A stretch of 62,454 nt of DNA, counting the filler, from Collodictyon triciliatum (Eukaryota): the NCBI GenBank assembly GCA_043381765.1. It is 5 parts of 5 records of this genome, joined end to end, with 100 filler letters (N's around TTAATTAATTAA, not from the genome) between each part and the next. Parts side by side here need not be neighbours in the genome. Positions count along the whole stretch, not along the records: positions 1 to 19,414 come from JBHJMP010000521.1; 4 more parts are not named here. One strand, given 5' to 3'. A program made the translations under genes and the position numbers. Position 1 is the stretch's first letter. Every line of letters begins with the position of its first letter. Shown here piece after piece: positions 1 to 14,383 of the stretch. The notes beneath the pieces were generated by a model. It did no database searches. It worked only from the letters and a program-made list of their open reading frames with translations, and was not told the origin of the DNA.

Positions 1-410
1 ATTTTATTAAGGACACCAGGGTTATATCTCGCTTTTTTTTTTTTTTTTTTCCCCGCCTCCCCTCACAGTTTTGGTCTCAAAAAAAACAAAAGAAAAAGGG
101 GATTTTTTTTTTTTTTTTGGAAAGAAAGAAAGGAGGGTAAAGATAAAAAGGTCAAATGTATTCAGTGTTTATCCGTGGTGCTAAGTGTTCATCTGAAATA
201 GAGAAACCTGGAAGTGCCGAGGGGAAGAAGGACAGAAAGTATCAAAACTATCAATCATTAAAATAAAAAAGTAGGAAAAAAAAAAGAATATCATACTGCA
301 TACTTCTATGTATTTAGAAGAATGCAGTGTCACAGGAAAAATAAGAGTCCTTTTCGCAAAAACATGTTGAGTTTTTGTAGTTGGAAGAAAGGAGCAGATA
401 CGCAATCCTA

Positions 411-3400
411 TCAGTGTGCCTCGCCAGCTTCGTCTTCATCGTCTTCGCCATCTCCTTCCTCCTCGTTGTTTTCCTGGTCAGCAGCGTCCTCCTGTGCTGT
501 TTGTGGGGATGTCCTATGCATATTAAAGTTTAGGGTAAAAGAAAAAGATATCAGTCCGGCTGCTCTTTGCATCGATATAGAAGGGAGTTTATCTATATGA
601 AAGCACAAATAGGGTGGGCACTTACGGGTTGGCGCCACCGGTTTTCTTGCGAGACTTTTTGTTTTTCTTCTTTTTCTTTTTCTTTGTTTGTTCGGTTTCT
701 CCAGATTGTTTGGGTGGGTCGGCATAGAATCCAAGTTTCTTTGCAACTGTAAAAAGCAAATGAGTAAAAAAAAAAAAAAAGAAGTTGCAATGATTACCCC
801 CGAAGTAAAGCTGTAATTTCAGTTAGGGTGAGATATAAATGTGGTAATGAAAACGAGCTAGGAATCCATATTGTCATCTAGAATACAAACACGCAGAGCC
901 GAGGTCGATTGATCCATCTTGGACGGGTGATGTCTTTTGATTCGCAGAAGATATGGCTGCAAAACCCACGGGCGTTGTGTTTGCAGGAATCTTAAAGTGC
1001 TGCTTTGTCTGCTTCTCCGTCTCATCTCTTTGTGAATACACAAATAAAACAAGGTTAAGCAGGGACAGAAAGTCTTTTTCGGACATATGCAACAATTTTG
1101 TATGCAGTGTTTTATATTATTACTTTCAATTTGTGCGACTATTTTCGCATGCAATAAAATAGAAGGGAATGCAGTACTTTGAATTGACAAAGGAAAAGTA
1201 CTTGGGATATGGTGATTTCATTCCAGTAATATGTGTATCTATGAGAGTCAGCATACCTCAGTTTGATGATAAAATCTTTCCATTGGGGGTACGAGATGAT
1301 GAATTTCTTGATAATGTCATATTGACCGGGGGCGTCATTTGCCAGCCGAATGATGTTGCAGAATTTAATAACAAACCCGCGATTACCTGTATAAGGTTCA
1401 ATACATATATAAACATCGCTTAGATTTTATCTTCTTTTTTTAACAAAAAAAAATAGTAATAAAATTATAAATGGCAAAGAAAATATATGTCAATATGGTA
1501 GCCTCTGCTATTTTACTTCGACTAAACCCCAAGCAACATTTTGTATGATATGTCAATATAAATAAATTAAATGATATTCAAGCAAAGAAAAAACGAGTAA
1601 AATATTATAAAGCGTACCTTGAGCCTCGTCGAAAGCAACCAGAAGTTGTTGAATAAACTTGCCTTTCTTGATGATGATTTCGATCGATTGGTGGTGTTCC
1701 TTCAGTATGGCTGTTTCAAACAGCAGTGCAAAATCGCAGTGATATAGATTATTATTTCTGTCAAGAGAATTTTTTTTTAAAAAAAAAGGCATGTCGTAAG
1801 CAATTGTAAAGAAAATAAATCATCAAATAAGTATAATTGTACAAAGGGATTTTCGGTACTAATATTGATAATTTATCATTGTTCCAAGTGGAAGAAAAAA
1901 GCCTATCATGGGAATTTGAAAGAACAAGTACTTATATTCGAAGAACCACTTGATAAAAAGTTTCCAAAACTCTGTGTCCAAGACGTTTAACACGTCCTCG
2001 TGATTCTGCTTTAGGATTTCGCACAGAATGTCCATGAGATAAATTCGATAAGAAGAAAATACTTTGGTAACTTGATATCCAGAAAATTTAATCTCGCCGT
2101 TGGAGAATCTATGCATGTAGAGGCGAGTAAATATTGGATGGGAATCTAAAACTAATAGATACCAAAGAAATTTAAGAATTATATGTCAGATTATTATTAT
2201 TTCGAACAAAAAAGTATATATCTATAGAGAGAGCAAAGCAGACAAATACTTTTGATCATAGTCTCGCAATGCGTTAAGAATTGGGCGTATTCCATCACGG
2301 GCCACTTGAAATACAACCTCTTTCAAGACTTGGGAGTGATTGATAGTGGGCTGTCTTGGATCAATTAAAGGCCCATCTGCTCCTGGCTTCTTCAGGCTTG
2401 CGATGTAATTTAAATCAGGTATGTTTGATGGTGGCCATGCATATATTTTTGACTGAGAAAAGTAAGAGATCTTATTTGGCACAGGGACGTAAACATTGTG
2501 AGGTTTGTTTGACAAAACCTTTTCTGCATAATATCAAGGAAGAGCGCCGCGCAGTCCTGCCTTTGCAGATTTGTCCTCTTCTCTTTCATTTGTGTGGCAG
2601 CCTAATCGTAAGTAATTTACAGATTCCTCACAGTTAGTTGTCTTATCGACTTCATGTTGAATTCCTTTTCAATATTAAATGTGCAACATACATTTAGCAA
2701 AGTGCTAAATAATTCTCGATTGGACGCAACAGTTTGGAACACAGGCTCTGCAACAGCCTCTGCAGAAAGTATCGGGAGGATTCGTGAAATCAAGTCAAAC
2801 ACCAAGCGAATTTCTTCTTCAGATGCTACAAACGAAACAAATATTTATGTAAGTATTTCAAAAAGCCAATTACTTAACTTATCAATAGGTTCAGATGATT
2901 TCAAGATAAGAATCGATTGTGTTTTCATAGTTTTACATCCAGTAGAACAAATAATCTTGAATGCAGAAGTAATCATGCTAGATTCAGCAAAAGCCTGGTA
3001 CAAGGTTTTCTTTGTGGTTGGAGTCTATGCCATAATTGAAGAGAAATCATTAGAGTATGGATATATGCCATTGTGAAAATAATCAAAAAATGGGCTATTC
3101 CGGCTTGTAGAGTACCAACTCAGAAAAAAACATGTTAAAGTGTGTGTATAGAGTTCTTGAGCTTACATCTGTTTTGAGTTGCAGCAAAATTGTGACAAGA
3201 GAAATGGTGCTTGAATTGGCCACACGAGTGGCGAGTGTTTCAAAGCACCTCTCTAAGGCTATCATTTTAACGTACTCGGCACACATATGCCTGACAATAA
3301 AGTTGTGTATGACCATAAAATTTTGAAAACTGCCGCGGGCAGATTCCGTAAAAATCTGGTAGGCTGATCGGACTGGTGTGCATTTGGTTTTGATTGATTC

Positions 3401-4375
3401 GGTTAATGATGTTTTTTGTTCAAAGAGAAAAATTAAAAAGACTTGTTAGTGATATTAATTGATGGGTATATCTGTATGAAAGACCATCGCACCAGCATGT
3501 TGAAAGAAAATTAGATGAATGCTTGGTTACATGATACAGCTTTATCTGGTTATTTTTCAAGGAAAATTATGACCAGTTTGCAAACCTATTGTTCGCAGGC
3601 AACGATTGTAGAAGGTCAAAACAGGATTGGATGGTATAGTTATCAGGGATATTACGCGCTGAGCGTCACTGTTCTCCTTTTCACTATCTGCATGCAAGAA
3701 ACGACTATGTTCAGAGATCTTGTGGATCGATTAAGGCTACTCCTTGATGTAGTTTTTTGGCTTTTAAATATATCTGATAAAGAAAATTACCGACGCCAGG
3801 CTCAGCAGGGTTTACAAGCGTCACGAACCCAATGAGTATCTCGCATGTTTCTATACATCATTTGCATCTTTGTATTGGATTTCTTCAAACATCCAGGAAA
3901 GAATTCAATACAGACATATCGGTCATTAAATGAAACAAATACGAAACGATATTGGGGATATATAGCGGGTAGAATATTGGTGATAAATAAGAGAAAATAA
4001 CGACGAAATAGAATGTTGAAGGTGCTCGATTACTCTCATCAGCCAGAAAGTCTATCATGGACGAAGTGACCTGCGGACTTTTCAACGCCTGTTCGCCAAG
4101 GTGTTAGAATAAGTGTTTGAAAAACTTCAAAGTAATACCGTGCGTTAAACTCAGAAAAATAGCTACGTGATTGAGAGATGCCTAAAGCAAAAAATAAAAA
4201 TAAAAAAAATAGGACAGTATGGATCGGTGTTGATCCAAACCAGCATTTGTTGAATGAGGCCTAATTTGTGTTCCAAAGTAGACTGAGAGGGATTCTTCAT
4301 CGCTTTTGCATTTGGCCAGACGAGGCTGTTTGAATCGTCCCCACTTTCGGTCATGATATCGGGAAGGTCGTCCAT
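411..4375 (-). CDS. SIT4/PP6 phosphatase-associated (SAPS-domain-like) protein, multi-exon
   Basis: Spliced exons from ATG 4375 (MDDLPDIM...) to TGA 411-413. The C-terminal half reads YRIYLMDILCEIL...FWKLFIKWFFEY|..NNNLYH...GNRGFVIKFCNII...WKDFIIKL, matching the motif order I recall for SAPS (RLxxxxL, FFxYxxNNxLH, GxxG, WxxF), then an acidic tail. Confidence 0.62.
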
Positions 4376-4689
4376 CCTATTGTCCCTTTGATTGGATGAG
4401 CGGCACTGAGTAAAAGTCATGTGGATGTGTGCAGTGAGAGGGAGAAGAGGGAAGGCTCGGGTCGAGTAAATGAATATCTTTCAAACAGCGTAGAGTAATC
4501 GTTTGGCTGGCGAACCAAAGCCAAAACCTCTGATATTTTAGACAGATCGAAAGGATGAGGAAGAAGGAATAATAATGAATAAAAATAAGAAGAATGAAGG
4601 TAAAAGAGAAATTATTTGCGTTGCCGAAAGGAATCAGGGGCGAAAGTGAGGGGAAATGGACCGATATCATGCTTTTTTCCTTATTTGCG

Positions 4690-5010
4690 TTTTTTTTTTT
4701 TCCTTTTTTCCTTTTTTCCTTTTTTTTCCTTTTTTTTATTCTTTTTTATTCTTTTTATTCTTTTTTTATTCTTTTTTATTCTTTTTTATTCTTTTTTATT
4801 CTTTTTTATTCTTTTTTTATTCTTTTTTTATTCTTTTTTTATTCTTTTTTTATTCTTTTTTATTCTTTTTTTATTCTTTTTTTATTCTTTTTTTATTCTT
4901 NTTTATTCTTTTTTTATTCTTTTTTTATTCTTTTTTTATTCTTTTTTTATTCTTTTTTTATTCTTTTTTTATTCTTTTTTTATTCTTTTTTATTCTTTTT
5001 TATTCTTTTT
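4690..5010. repeat. (TTATTCTTTT)n-type microsatellite between the divergent SAPS-like and UNC-50 genes
   Basis: Directly visible 10-11 nt tandem unit. Confidence 0.95.
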
Positions 5011-5568
5011 ATCCGATTTTTCTTTACAATCTCATCAGTTTCTCTTTTTTTTTCTTTCGGATTGCAGCAACCCAGCCCACCACAACCCATCCTGATTCGC
5101 ATCGCCCTGAGGACGCAAAGAGATCGGAAAAAAACAAAGTCGTGCACAAAGGACAAATTGCGTTCCAGTTTTGCTTGCTTTCTTTGAACCGTCCACAAAG
5201 AAGTTTGCCCAAAAAAGCCGCTCACAACGCGCCTTGTGGTTTTTATGTCCTTCATTCAAAACATTCGCAGAAAAAACACGATTGTTGATATTATTTGTGG
5301 AATTTATATAAATGACACATAGTATCAATTTATGTCCATTCAAAGTCACTCAATATGACGTAAAATTGTAATTTATATACATCCTTATTATTTATATACA
5401 ATGAGTCACACCCATACGTGATCAGTGTGTGAATCTAAAGAAAATCGAAAGCGCCGCCTCATAAACAAGCACAAGAGTCTATGCCAATCGCACGATTCAC
5501 CCGCTTCTCAGCCTTCGTGGCTTACGAATGTGTGTGTATGCAATAAAAAACAACAAAAACTTGTACAG

Positions 5569-7556
5569 ATGTCCCAGGGAAGTCAGCCCAACACGCCACT
5601 GTCAAGGTTCGCACCCGACTCTCTCACACATGTTTTCTTCTTGATTTTCTGCCCCGTTCTACACTCCTTTTTTTTTTTATTCCATTCTTCCTGATGCGAG
5701 CCGAGGCCTGACCTGGACTCTCGATCTGCAGATCCTTTCGCATGACTCAGTACTTCCGACGTGCTATTCAATATCCACAGATGGATTTGGAGTACACTGC
5801 GTGGCAGTTTGTCAACATATGCTTGCATCCAAAGAGTGTGTAAGTGTTTTGGTGGTCATGCTTTCAGCGTGACAATACTACATGAATCAAGAATACAGAA
5901 AGGATTACGACACCCCGATATTTATGGGCTGTGACTATGCTCAAAGATATCGAAATCATTCATTCAACGATACGTATCTCAATCTATTTTAGAGTTCTGG
6001 GTTATATGATTCCATAATAGAATGACATGGTCTTTCGCTAATCTAGTTTTCTTATACTAACTTCCAATATTTTATATATATAATTTAAATTCATCATCAG
6101 GTTCAGAACCACGCTGTACCATAAACGTTTGTATAGTTTTTACATCCATCCTTTTTCTTCTTTCGTTTTAGAGACACCGCACGAATTTTCATGTTGCTGA
6201 TGGATTAATAAATCGATTAGAAACAAAGAATCAGTGGGCCCGCGATGACCCTGCCTTTGTTGTTTTTCTATTAGTCTTTATGGCCATAGTATGTATTTCT
6301 TTACAATACCATCAATTATAAATTAAATATATACCCAGGGCAACTCCTCTTTATTAGCAGAAGAAAAGGTTTCACAGGTACTAACACTTTTTTCATATCA
6401 CCTTCCACTGATTAGACGACTTGCGCGTACGCTGTTGCTTTTCAGATAGGAGGGATAGGCCGAATCTTACATTTGATTTTCTATTCCATCCTTTTTGACT
6501 TTCTGCTTGTTGGATTAGTGGTTTCAACTTGTTGCTGGTTAGTAAATTATGAAAGCCTTTTAATTTACTTTGTCCCCATTTTTATATTTAATACCACATG
6601 CATTTTTTTTTGTAGTTTAGCTTTTGCTTTCAAAAACGAAATGGCTTATCAAATTAAAAATTTCTGTCTTTCTTTTTGGATGGAAGGTTGTACGCGAATC
6701 AATTTCTACGAATCCAGAATCACCATCATGTTGAACAAAGCGTTGAATTTATGTACGCATTCGATGTTCATTGTAACTCGTTTGTCACTCACTTCCTTCT
6801 CCTTTACGTTGGGCAATACTTTCTCCTTCCCTTCTTGCTCCAGGTAAAAACTTATGTGTTGGCTTCACTGCATGTCCAATTATGTATATATATTTTTTAT
6901 GATACTAGATAAAAACTCTTTCGTGTCTCATTTCTTCAAAGTACTTCATATGAATCAGGAAGGATTTATTGCAACTTTAGTCAGCGACAGTTTGTACGCA
7001 TTTTCGTTATCGTACTACTTTTACATTACTTTTCTGGGATACGAAGGTTTGATTACAACCAAGTAATTTTCTAAGGCAAAAAAATATATACGTATTTGCT
7101 TTTCCATATATCTACCACTTATATGTAAGTCTTTGCTCATCTATCCATATGTTTTTTAATCTACCAACATCAAATTTAGCACTCCCGTTCTTGGAGAAGA
7201 CTGAAAAATTCCTTTATCCTGTCTCTGTCGTGATTGTGTTGTACATCATATGGTATTATTCTTTGTGCATTTTCAATATTATCATATTCCTATTCTTTTC
7301 AATGTCACACTATTTCAGCACACCTTCTAATATTCCTGGGCTAACTATGTTTTGGATTTAAACTGTCTTTTTTTTCCGGGAAACTTAGTGTGTTGCAACA
7401 CTTTAATCTGAGGTACTTTTTATCTTGAAATATATTCACGCCTCCATATCAAATTTTATTCTCTACCTTGATACGGTAAAATAGTGTGTCATTTGTTTTT
7501 GACGATAAAACGCTCGCACTAGTATGTACATCATGGGTCGATACTTTAGTCCGTGA
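5569..7556 (+). CDS. UNC50: UNC-50 / Gmh1 family Golgi membrane protein, multi-exon
   Basis: Spliced translation: YFRRAIQYPQMDLEYTAWQFVNICLHPKSV|FRTTLYHK|QTKNQWARDDPAF...VEFMYAFDVHCNSF...YYFYITFLGY|.LPFLEKT...FNLSMYIMGRYFSP*. WARDDPAF and AFDVHCN are UNC-50 signatures. The start could instead be ATG 5742. Confidence 0.95.
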
Positions 7557-7734
7557 CTCATAGCCCGTCATTACTGATGACTTCGTTCGATTTTCTTTCC
7601 TTTTTTTTATTCTCAATTTTTTTTCTATCCTGTTGATGCAGTTGTTTCCCAGTTTTGCACACTTTTCCTTCGAAAAAGTTCAACAAATACATAAACAATT
7701 ACCAGCATACACAAAAAAAAAAAAAATATGGTTT

Positions 7735-9555
7735 CTATGACATGATTCTTTCATGAGTGATGTATTTATGAAGATGAAGGCGATTCCTCGGCTGTGTTGA
7801 TCTTTTTACTCAAATCAGAACTAAATAGCCCAATATGTACTCACTTTAATATCTAAATATAGCTCATAAATTATAAAGTGAAGGCTTGTCTTGTTGCGAT
7901 TTACTCACATTTGAGTAGCATGTCTTTGGAGCTGCGTGACAGTATATGGTGAAAAAGATAATGATATTTAATCAAAATAATTTTAAAGTATCTTACGATT
8001 GGTGAGTCGTCATAGATTTACATTCTCGAATCAAGCAACAGAAAAATGGATTCAAAATCAAAATAGGCAAACACACGCTTTCCTCGATGTGAATAATCTG
8101 TTTCTCTTTGTCGCTGAAGAAGGTCGCAACTTTCTCGATTCCCCTCACATTTTCGTGTACTCCTCGCAGCGACTCGTCCAGCAAGGACATACTGACAAGG
8201 AGCAAGATACAATTAGCCAAAGCACTGCAAGATTCCATGTCCCGAGGTGGGTCTCCCTTACCTTGACTCTGCCTTAATGTATTCGATGCATCGTTTGTTT
8301 TGTGACTCGCATATGGAGTCGATTTCTCTCATGATTTGGTCGCTGTCTGCACCTAAGAAGTGAACGAGGTTTGCTGAGCGAATACGCATGTGTCATATCG
8401 TGGCGATGTGGAAATGAATCAGGTGTCAAGTCTTCTTGGTGCAGGCAGAGAACATGAAGGGAGTAAAGAACGGAGAGGAAGATGAAAGCACATCTGACTG
8501 GTAATGGCCTCGTGCAAGGAAACAAACAGAAATCTACCAAAAGCATCCAACTCGCCTCGAAGAAAGGCAGCCTCTGTGTCGTCCAGAGTTTGTCGCATCT
8601 GCCTTTGGGTCAAGATTGAGTTGCATATATATCCGATTAAACTTGTTGGGAGAACAGGAATGCTTTCGAAAATATCAGCAAATTTTACATGACATGGACG
8701 ATATCTCACAGAACGATCACACAAATCATGATAATAGCAGCTCTCATAGCCATATGTGTGCTTGTATCGGAATTCACCATATATCTATGGCATCTATTAC
8801 ACAGAAAGAAGTCCCATAACACACCCACCTCAAAATAGACTCTGCATTCACTTGCTCGGGTGCTTCAAAGCCGTTTGCGTTTGTCGGGTGGTTTGGGCGC
8901 TGCGTTGAAGGATGCTGTGCGAGTCAGTTTTTCTTACGGTAGGCACTGGTATTGATTGGGCCTCAAAAATCGCTTGAAAAGCTGCGTTCTGGTTCATATA
9001 GAGAGAAGAAACCTGCTCCATCTCCTGCTTCGCCCGGTCTGCTTGTGAGCTTCGTTGCTTCTTTCGCAAAGCGATCTGCTATTGTGATCCCACTGCCTTT
9101 CTTAAGCATTTGCCAGAAGAGAAGATTATTAGAAGAGGGAAGCATTGTTATATATTACTATCTTTACTATATTAATTAATTATACATAAATACAGCAATG
9201 TAATTTATATATAAGGCTTAAAATGATTTTGAATTATGTTTTCCACATTAAATAAATATTTGTGGTCTTTTCTCTTTCTTGTGTCCTTTTACTTTGATAT
9301 AATCTGCAAAAGTCTTCACGGATGTCTGGTTGCGCAGTTGAAGGAGGAGAACTGGCACTCAAATCCCTGCGTGAGCTTCACAACCAATCACAAGCTTGAC
9401 TTTTGTTCACACAGTTCTTTCTTTTCAATTCTTATCTCCAGTCTTTTTTTTTCTTTCTTTCTCAGAGCTTAGAAGCTATTACGCATGATGGACAACCCAT
9501 CGCCCACTGTATTCACCACACATACGAACGACTGGAGCTGAGTTTCTCTTTTCAT
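7735..9555 (-). CDS. Hypothetical protein, multi-exon
   Basis: Phase-compatible GT-AG exons MKRETQLQS|DLSASSPP...|...RYRPCHVKFADIFESIPVLP...EAAFLRGELDAFG|...SALANCILLLVSMSLLDES...; no family recognised. Ends are approximate. Confidence 0.55.
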
Positions 9556-9604
9556 GCCTAAACTGTTTATTTTAACGCACAGACGACCGTTTCACTGCTG
9601 GAAA

Positions 9605-9956
9605 ATGAGACCAAAGAAGAAGGTTTGCACAATCACCTCTTTTTTCTTTTCTTATTTTTGAACCATTTCTCCGATCTTTGTAATGGACGGACATACAAAG
9701 TTCTTTTTTCTTTTCTCATTCGAGTCTCAATAATAATGATAACAATAATGATAACAATAATGATAACAATAATGATAACAATAATGATAACAATAATGAT
9801 AACAATAATGATAACAATAATAATAATAATAACAATAACAATAACAATAATAATAANNNNNNNNNNNNNNNNNNNNNNNNNNNNNNNNNNNNNNNNNNNN
9901 NNNNNNNNNNNNNNNNNNNNNNNNNNNNNNNNNNNNNNNNNNNNNNNNNNNNNNNN

Positions 9957-10051
<95 letters not shown>

Positions 10052-12191
10052 GCAACACAATTTGGCAGAGAACCGAGTGCTCAATAAAAGACATACCTCG
10101 AGTCGACTTCACTGGTCTAATAGATATTTTGATTCACAGGGAGAACAAGGCCACGCAGCCAAGTATGTCACTCGTTCACAGGCAGTCCGCAAACTGCAAA
10201 TCACTCTGAAAGACTTCAGGTTTTTTTTTTTTAGCTATGAATCTGTCCATATATACCTCGTAGTCTCTCATTTTTTTTCTTTATTATCGGTGCAATATGG
10301 CTCGGTTTCATTTATTTCAGTATGTCTTTTTCTTTTCTCTCGTTTACATATCTATAAGAGGATCCGCACAAAGCACGAAAATCAAAATCATAGTCAAACC
10401 ATAACATATGCCTCTTTTCTAGACGACTTTGCATTCTCAAAGGGATATTCCCCCGCGAACCGAAGAAGAAATTCAGAGGGCCATCAAAGACATACTACCT
10501 TATCAAAGACATACAATACCTTGCGCATGACCCGATGATCCAGAAGCTGCGCGACTTGAAGGTATTTTGAATGCTGTTCCTTGCAACACAGGTGCATGAA
10601 ACAATCATAGATATGTAAGCAAGGCTACAGCCAACTTAGTTCCGCTGATGCAGAAAAATCCAACACACCAAAATAATCGCAAACCTTTTGAAAGTAACTT
10701 AACAGTTGAGATTGAACTTACTATATGACTTTCAATCACCTAGATATTTTATCGCAAAGTCAAACACGCTCTTGGTCGCCAGAACAAGAATAGGGCTCGT
10801 CAGCTTTTTGGAGCGAAGCCTGAAATCACTTTAGATCACATCATCAGGGAGAGGTAATCATTTATATTGACACTTTTTTTACTTTTTTTTTGTGTGCTTT
10901 CCTTAATTTTTTTGAAGGGTGCAATAAGTATATAATTTGTATTCCTTTACTTAAATCCAAAACCCTTCATATTTACTCAGATACCCAAACTTTATTGACG
11001 CCATCCGCGACTTGGACGACGCCTTATCCCTTGTGCATCTCTTTGCTAAGCTCCCTAGAACACGAATCTTGGACCAAGAATCACTGGAAGAGTGCTCAAA
11101 CATTTGCCGAGAATTTCAGGTTGGTTTCATCAGGGTGCTTAAATCAATCTGTTTCAGTCATCCAATATACCCCGTGTTTGAACATATCGAAGCAGGAAGA
11201 AGGAAATGTCTTAAACCCGTTCCACTAATAGTATTATGTTGCAAAGTCGAATTCCTTAAAGAAAGTGTTCTTATCAATCAAAGGTTTTTTCTTTTACCCT
11301 GGACTAAAATATCCAATGAGTTTAATTTCACTTTTTAAATCATATCCCTTCTTATCTCGGCTACTTCATATTAGTAATTTATTTGTTTTAAAATAAAATT
11401 ATACAGGAATCTATTATCAAGCGGAAATTATGGGCCAGCCTGTCACCTGGGTTGTCCCTTATCAATTCATGCAATATGTGAGTATAACACGTTCAAAACT
11501 TTGCATCCTCTAAAGAAGGATGATGCGACCATAATTTAGTAACCTACCTAGTGGATTTAACATATGCAGGGGTTGTGATTTGTGTCTTATATTCGAATAG
11601 ATTCCAAAGGATGTTGACTATCGTGTTATGCAAACTTTTGTTCAATTCTATAAAGTTCTCATCGGATTCGTTAACTTTAAACTTTATTCTTCGTTAAATA
11701 TTACAGTACGTCACTTTTACTGTTAAAATCAGAATGAAATAAGCACATTTAAATTATTCAAACGATCTATGTGTGTACAATCTTTATACACTTTCTCCTG
11801 GGCAGTACCCACCAAAGGTCGACAAACACGAAAATTATATGGGTGCCGGTATATTAGCTATTAACACAAAGACTAAGGTATATTACATTTTGGAATGTAC
11901 ACAATTTTGCCCTCTGTTAGCAATTCTCTATTTCTTTTTTCGATTGCAAGTCTCTTCAGTAACTTCCCTAATCTCAAATTTATTCAAGGGTCGTGAAGCA
12001 CCAAATTCAAGAAAATCCAAACCTAAACAAAAGAAGCAGGTACATATATCGGGGGTTACATTACATTTTTTGATTTTTTCTGAACCATCTAGCACTTATA
12101 ATATTTCAAGATTCAAAGAGAATTGAAATGAACAAATTTACTCGAAATAGTTAAATTGAAACTCTTGGGGGGGGGGGGGGGNNNNNNNNNN

Positions 12192-12284
<93 letters not shown>

Positions 12285-14383
12285 TGTAATCTTTAGGTAC
12301 AAAATAGTGAAGCTTTGAAGGAACAAGTTGCCAGCCTTGGAGCAAAGCTCGCTTCAAACCAGTATGCACACAATCACTTCACATATCCAACACGGGTTCG
12401 TCGTGATTTGGTCTAAATGAAAAAAAACAACAACATTCTGATGAAGTCTTACTTATTCATCAACAAACTGTAGCGAGGATGAGGAGGAAGATGAAGACCT
12501 GGAGAAGGAAAAAGAGGAGGAGAAGGAAGCAAACGAAGTAGCTGATACCGAACTTGAAGTAATTTTTTCCTTCAGAAAGTTGCCGGACGAAGAAAATATT
12601 TCAAATTTCCGTTGGTGATCAAACAAATGTGCTATTTATACATTCATACATATATATACATCTTCATCTTATATCTTCCAATTAAAATTATGCAGAAAAT
12701 CACACGCGAATTATACAACATTGATGAAAGTGTCCCTTTGCCGACTGGAACACACAAGAAACTTTTCTCAGGAATCTATTTCTTCTTGGGGAGAGAGGTA
12801 TCTGCATACTATTTCAGACCTTTTTTTTTTTTTAAGAATAACAAACTATAATGATTACCGCGTATTTTTTCCCCTTTATAATACACCAGGCAACGTCCAA
12901 GTTTGTGCTATGCGCCTTAATTGCCCACCCCCACCCCCTTTTTTTTTCTTCTTTTTTTCCTAAATAGACTCCTCTGGAATCACTTGTGTTCGTCATCAAG
13001 AGCTTCGATGGTGAGATTGGGTGGGAATCTCCTGGCTCGCATTACAAAGTAGATGACCCACGAATCAAATACCAAATCATCGACAGAAATACGCAGGCCA
13101 AGCTATATCTGAATCGTCAATATGTTCAGGTTTGGTCACATCAGAAAATATGCTTTCCTGTCAAATTTACAAGCAAATCATTCAATAACACGTGATTTCC
13201 TTTTTTCCCAATGAACTCGAGTATTCAGATTGTATTTGCTGATCGAAGCAACCCAATGATTAAAAGCAAAATCGTAGAGTTCTGTATCACTTCTCTTCTC
13301 TCTCTCCCTTAATAATAATAATGTGTAAATATAGCCACAATGGGTCTACGACTCTGTCAACACGGGAGTACTTCTCCCTACAAAGGATTACGGAATCGGC
13401 GCCACAGTCCCTCGTTAGCACTTTTCAATCCCCGATGCTCATTTGTTGGCACATTAGCATACTTTCTTATCGCGGCTGGATGCAATCTATATAATTAACA
13501 TGAAATCAACCGGCTACATATCACAGCACATCTTTCACCATTTGTGGACGACGAGCGCGAAGGATACACCCCAGCCAGACGCAAAGAACTCAATCGCCTG
13601 ATGGGACTGGAGCAGCAGGAAATCGAAGAGGAAGAGAAAGAAGACGACGACCTGGACGAATTGGAAGAGGAAGAGTCGAAGCTGCTATATGGAGAAGATC
13701 ACAAGGATAACGAAGACGAAGACGAACAGGACGATGGAAAATCAGACTCTGAAGACGAAGACGGCGGTGATGGAGATGAGGGTAATGCAAGTGCATCCCC
13801 GAAGAGACCGAAGTCCCCATCACAGCACCAGAAGCAAAACGTACGGGCATCATTTCAGCCATCAGAATACCGCTCATGTCACAACCGTTCAAGAAATAAG
13901 TCTATAGGAGGATTCGTCCTTGTCTCACCCTCGGGTGTTTTCTTGTCCCTTCTTTCTTTCCCTTGTGGCAATTCTCCTCTAGGTACCGAAGCGAAAGGTC
14001 GACGAAGAGAAGCAGCTGGCCAAGATGGTGATGACCAAGAAGCAAAAGTATATTTCTTTTTATTTAATCGCAGTGTGCCTACTATTTTTCGTTCCCTTAT
14101 TCTAATCCACGTGTTATCTTTTCTTGACAAAAAAATGAAATAATATGCGAGACCTTGGGTACTTTTCGAAGCCAATTGTAGATAACAACAAGAGCTTAAT
14201 ATACATGTATTAGTTATTCACTCATTTAATTTAATTTAATATTTTTTTTTTAATAATAATAATAACAGGGACTTGTACAACCGATTGAAACGCAGCGACC
14301 GAAAGAAGGACAAAGAGGCCAGGAAATTGCAGCAGAGGCACGAAGAAATCCAAGCAGCAAAGAAGACCAAGAAGGCCAAGTAG
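9605..14383 (+). CDS. PES1: Pescadillo homolog (PeBoW complex, 60S biogenesis; BRCT domain), multi-exon
   Basis: [49 protein letters not shown]...[29 protein letters not shown]...DVDYRVM..F; BRCT part [13 protein letters not shown]...FVIKSFDG...[12 protein letters not shown]...PPHLSPFV; ends KKTKKAK* at TAG 14381-14383. Confidence 0.97.
9729..10049. repeat. (ATAACAATAATG)n followed by (AAT)n in PES1 intron 1, spanning a gap
   Basis: Directly visible. Confidence 0.95.

Noticed and set aside
4594..5288. Long Phe/Leu-rich or Lys/Arg-rich ORFs here and at 22058-22686, 25154-25569, 27324-27814, 37947-38380, 49926-51246 and 59195-59774
   Set aside because: They are translations of microsatellites and N runs, not proteins, apart from short real exons they overlap.
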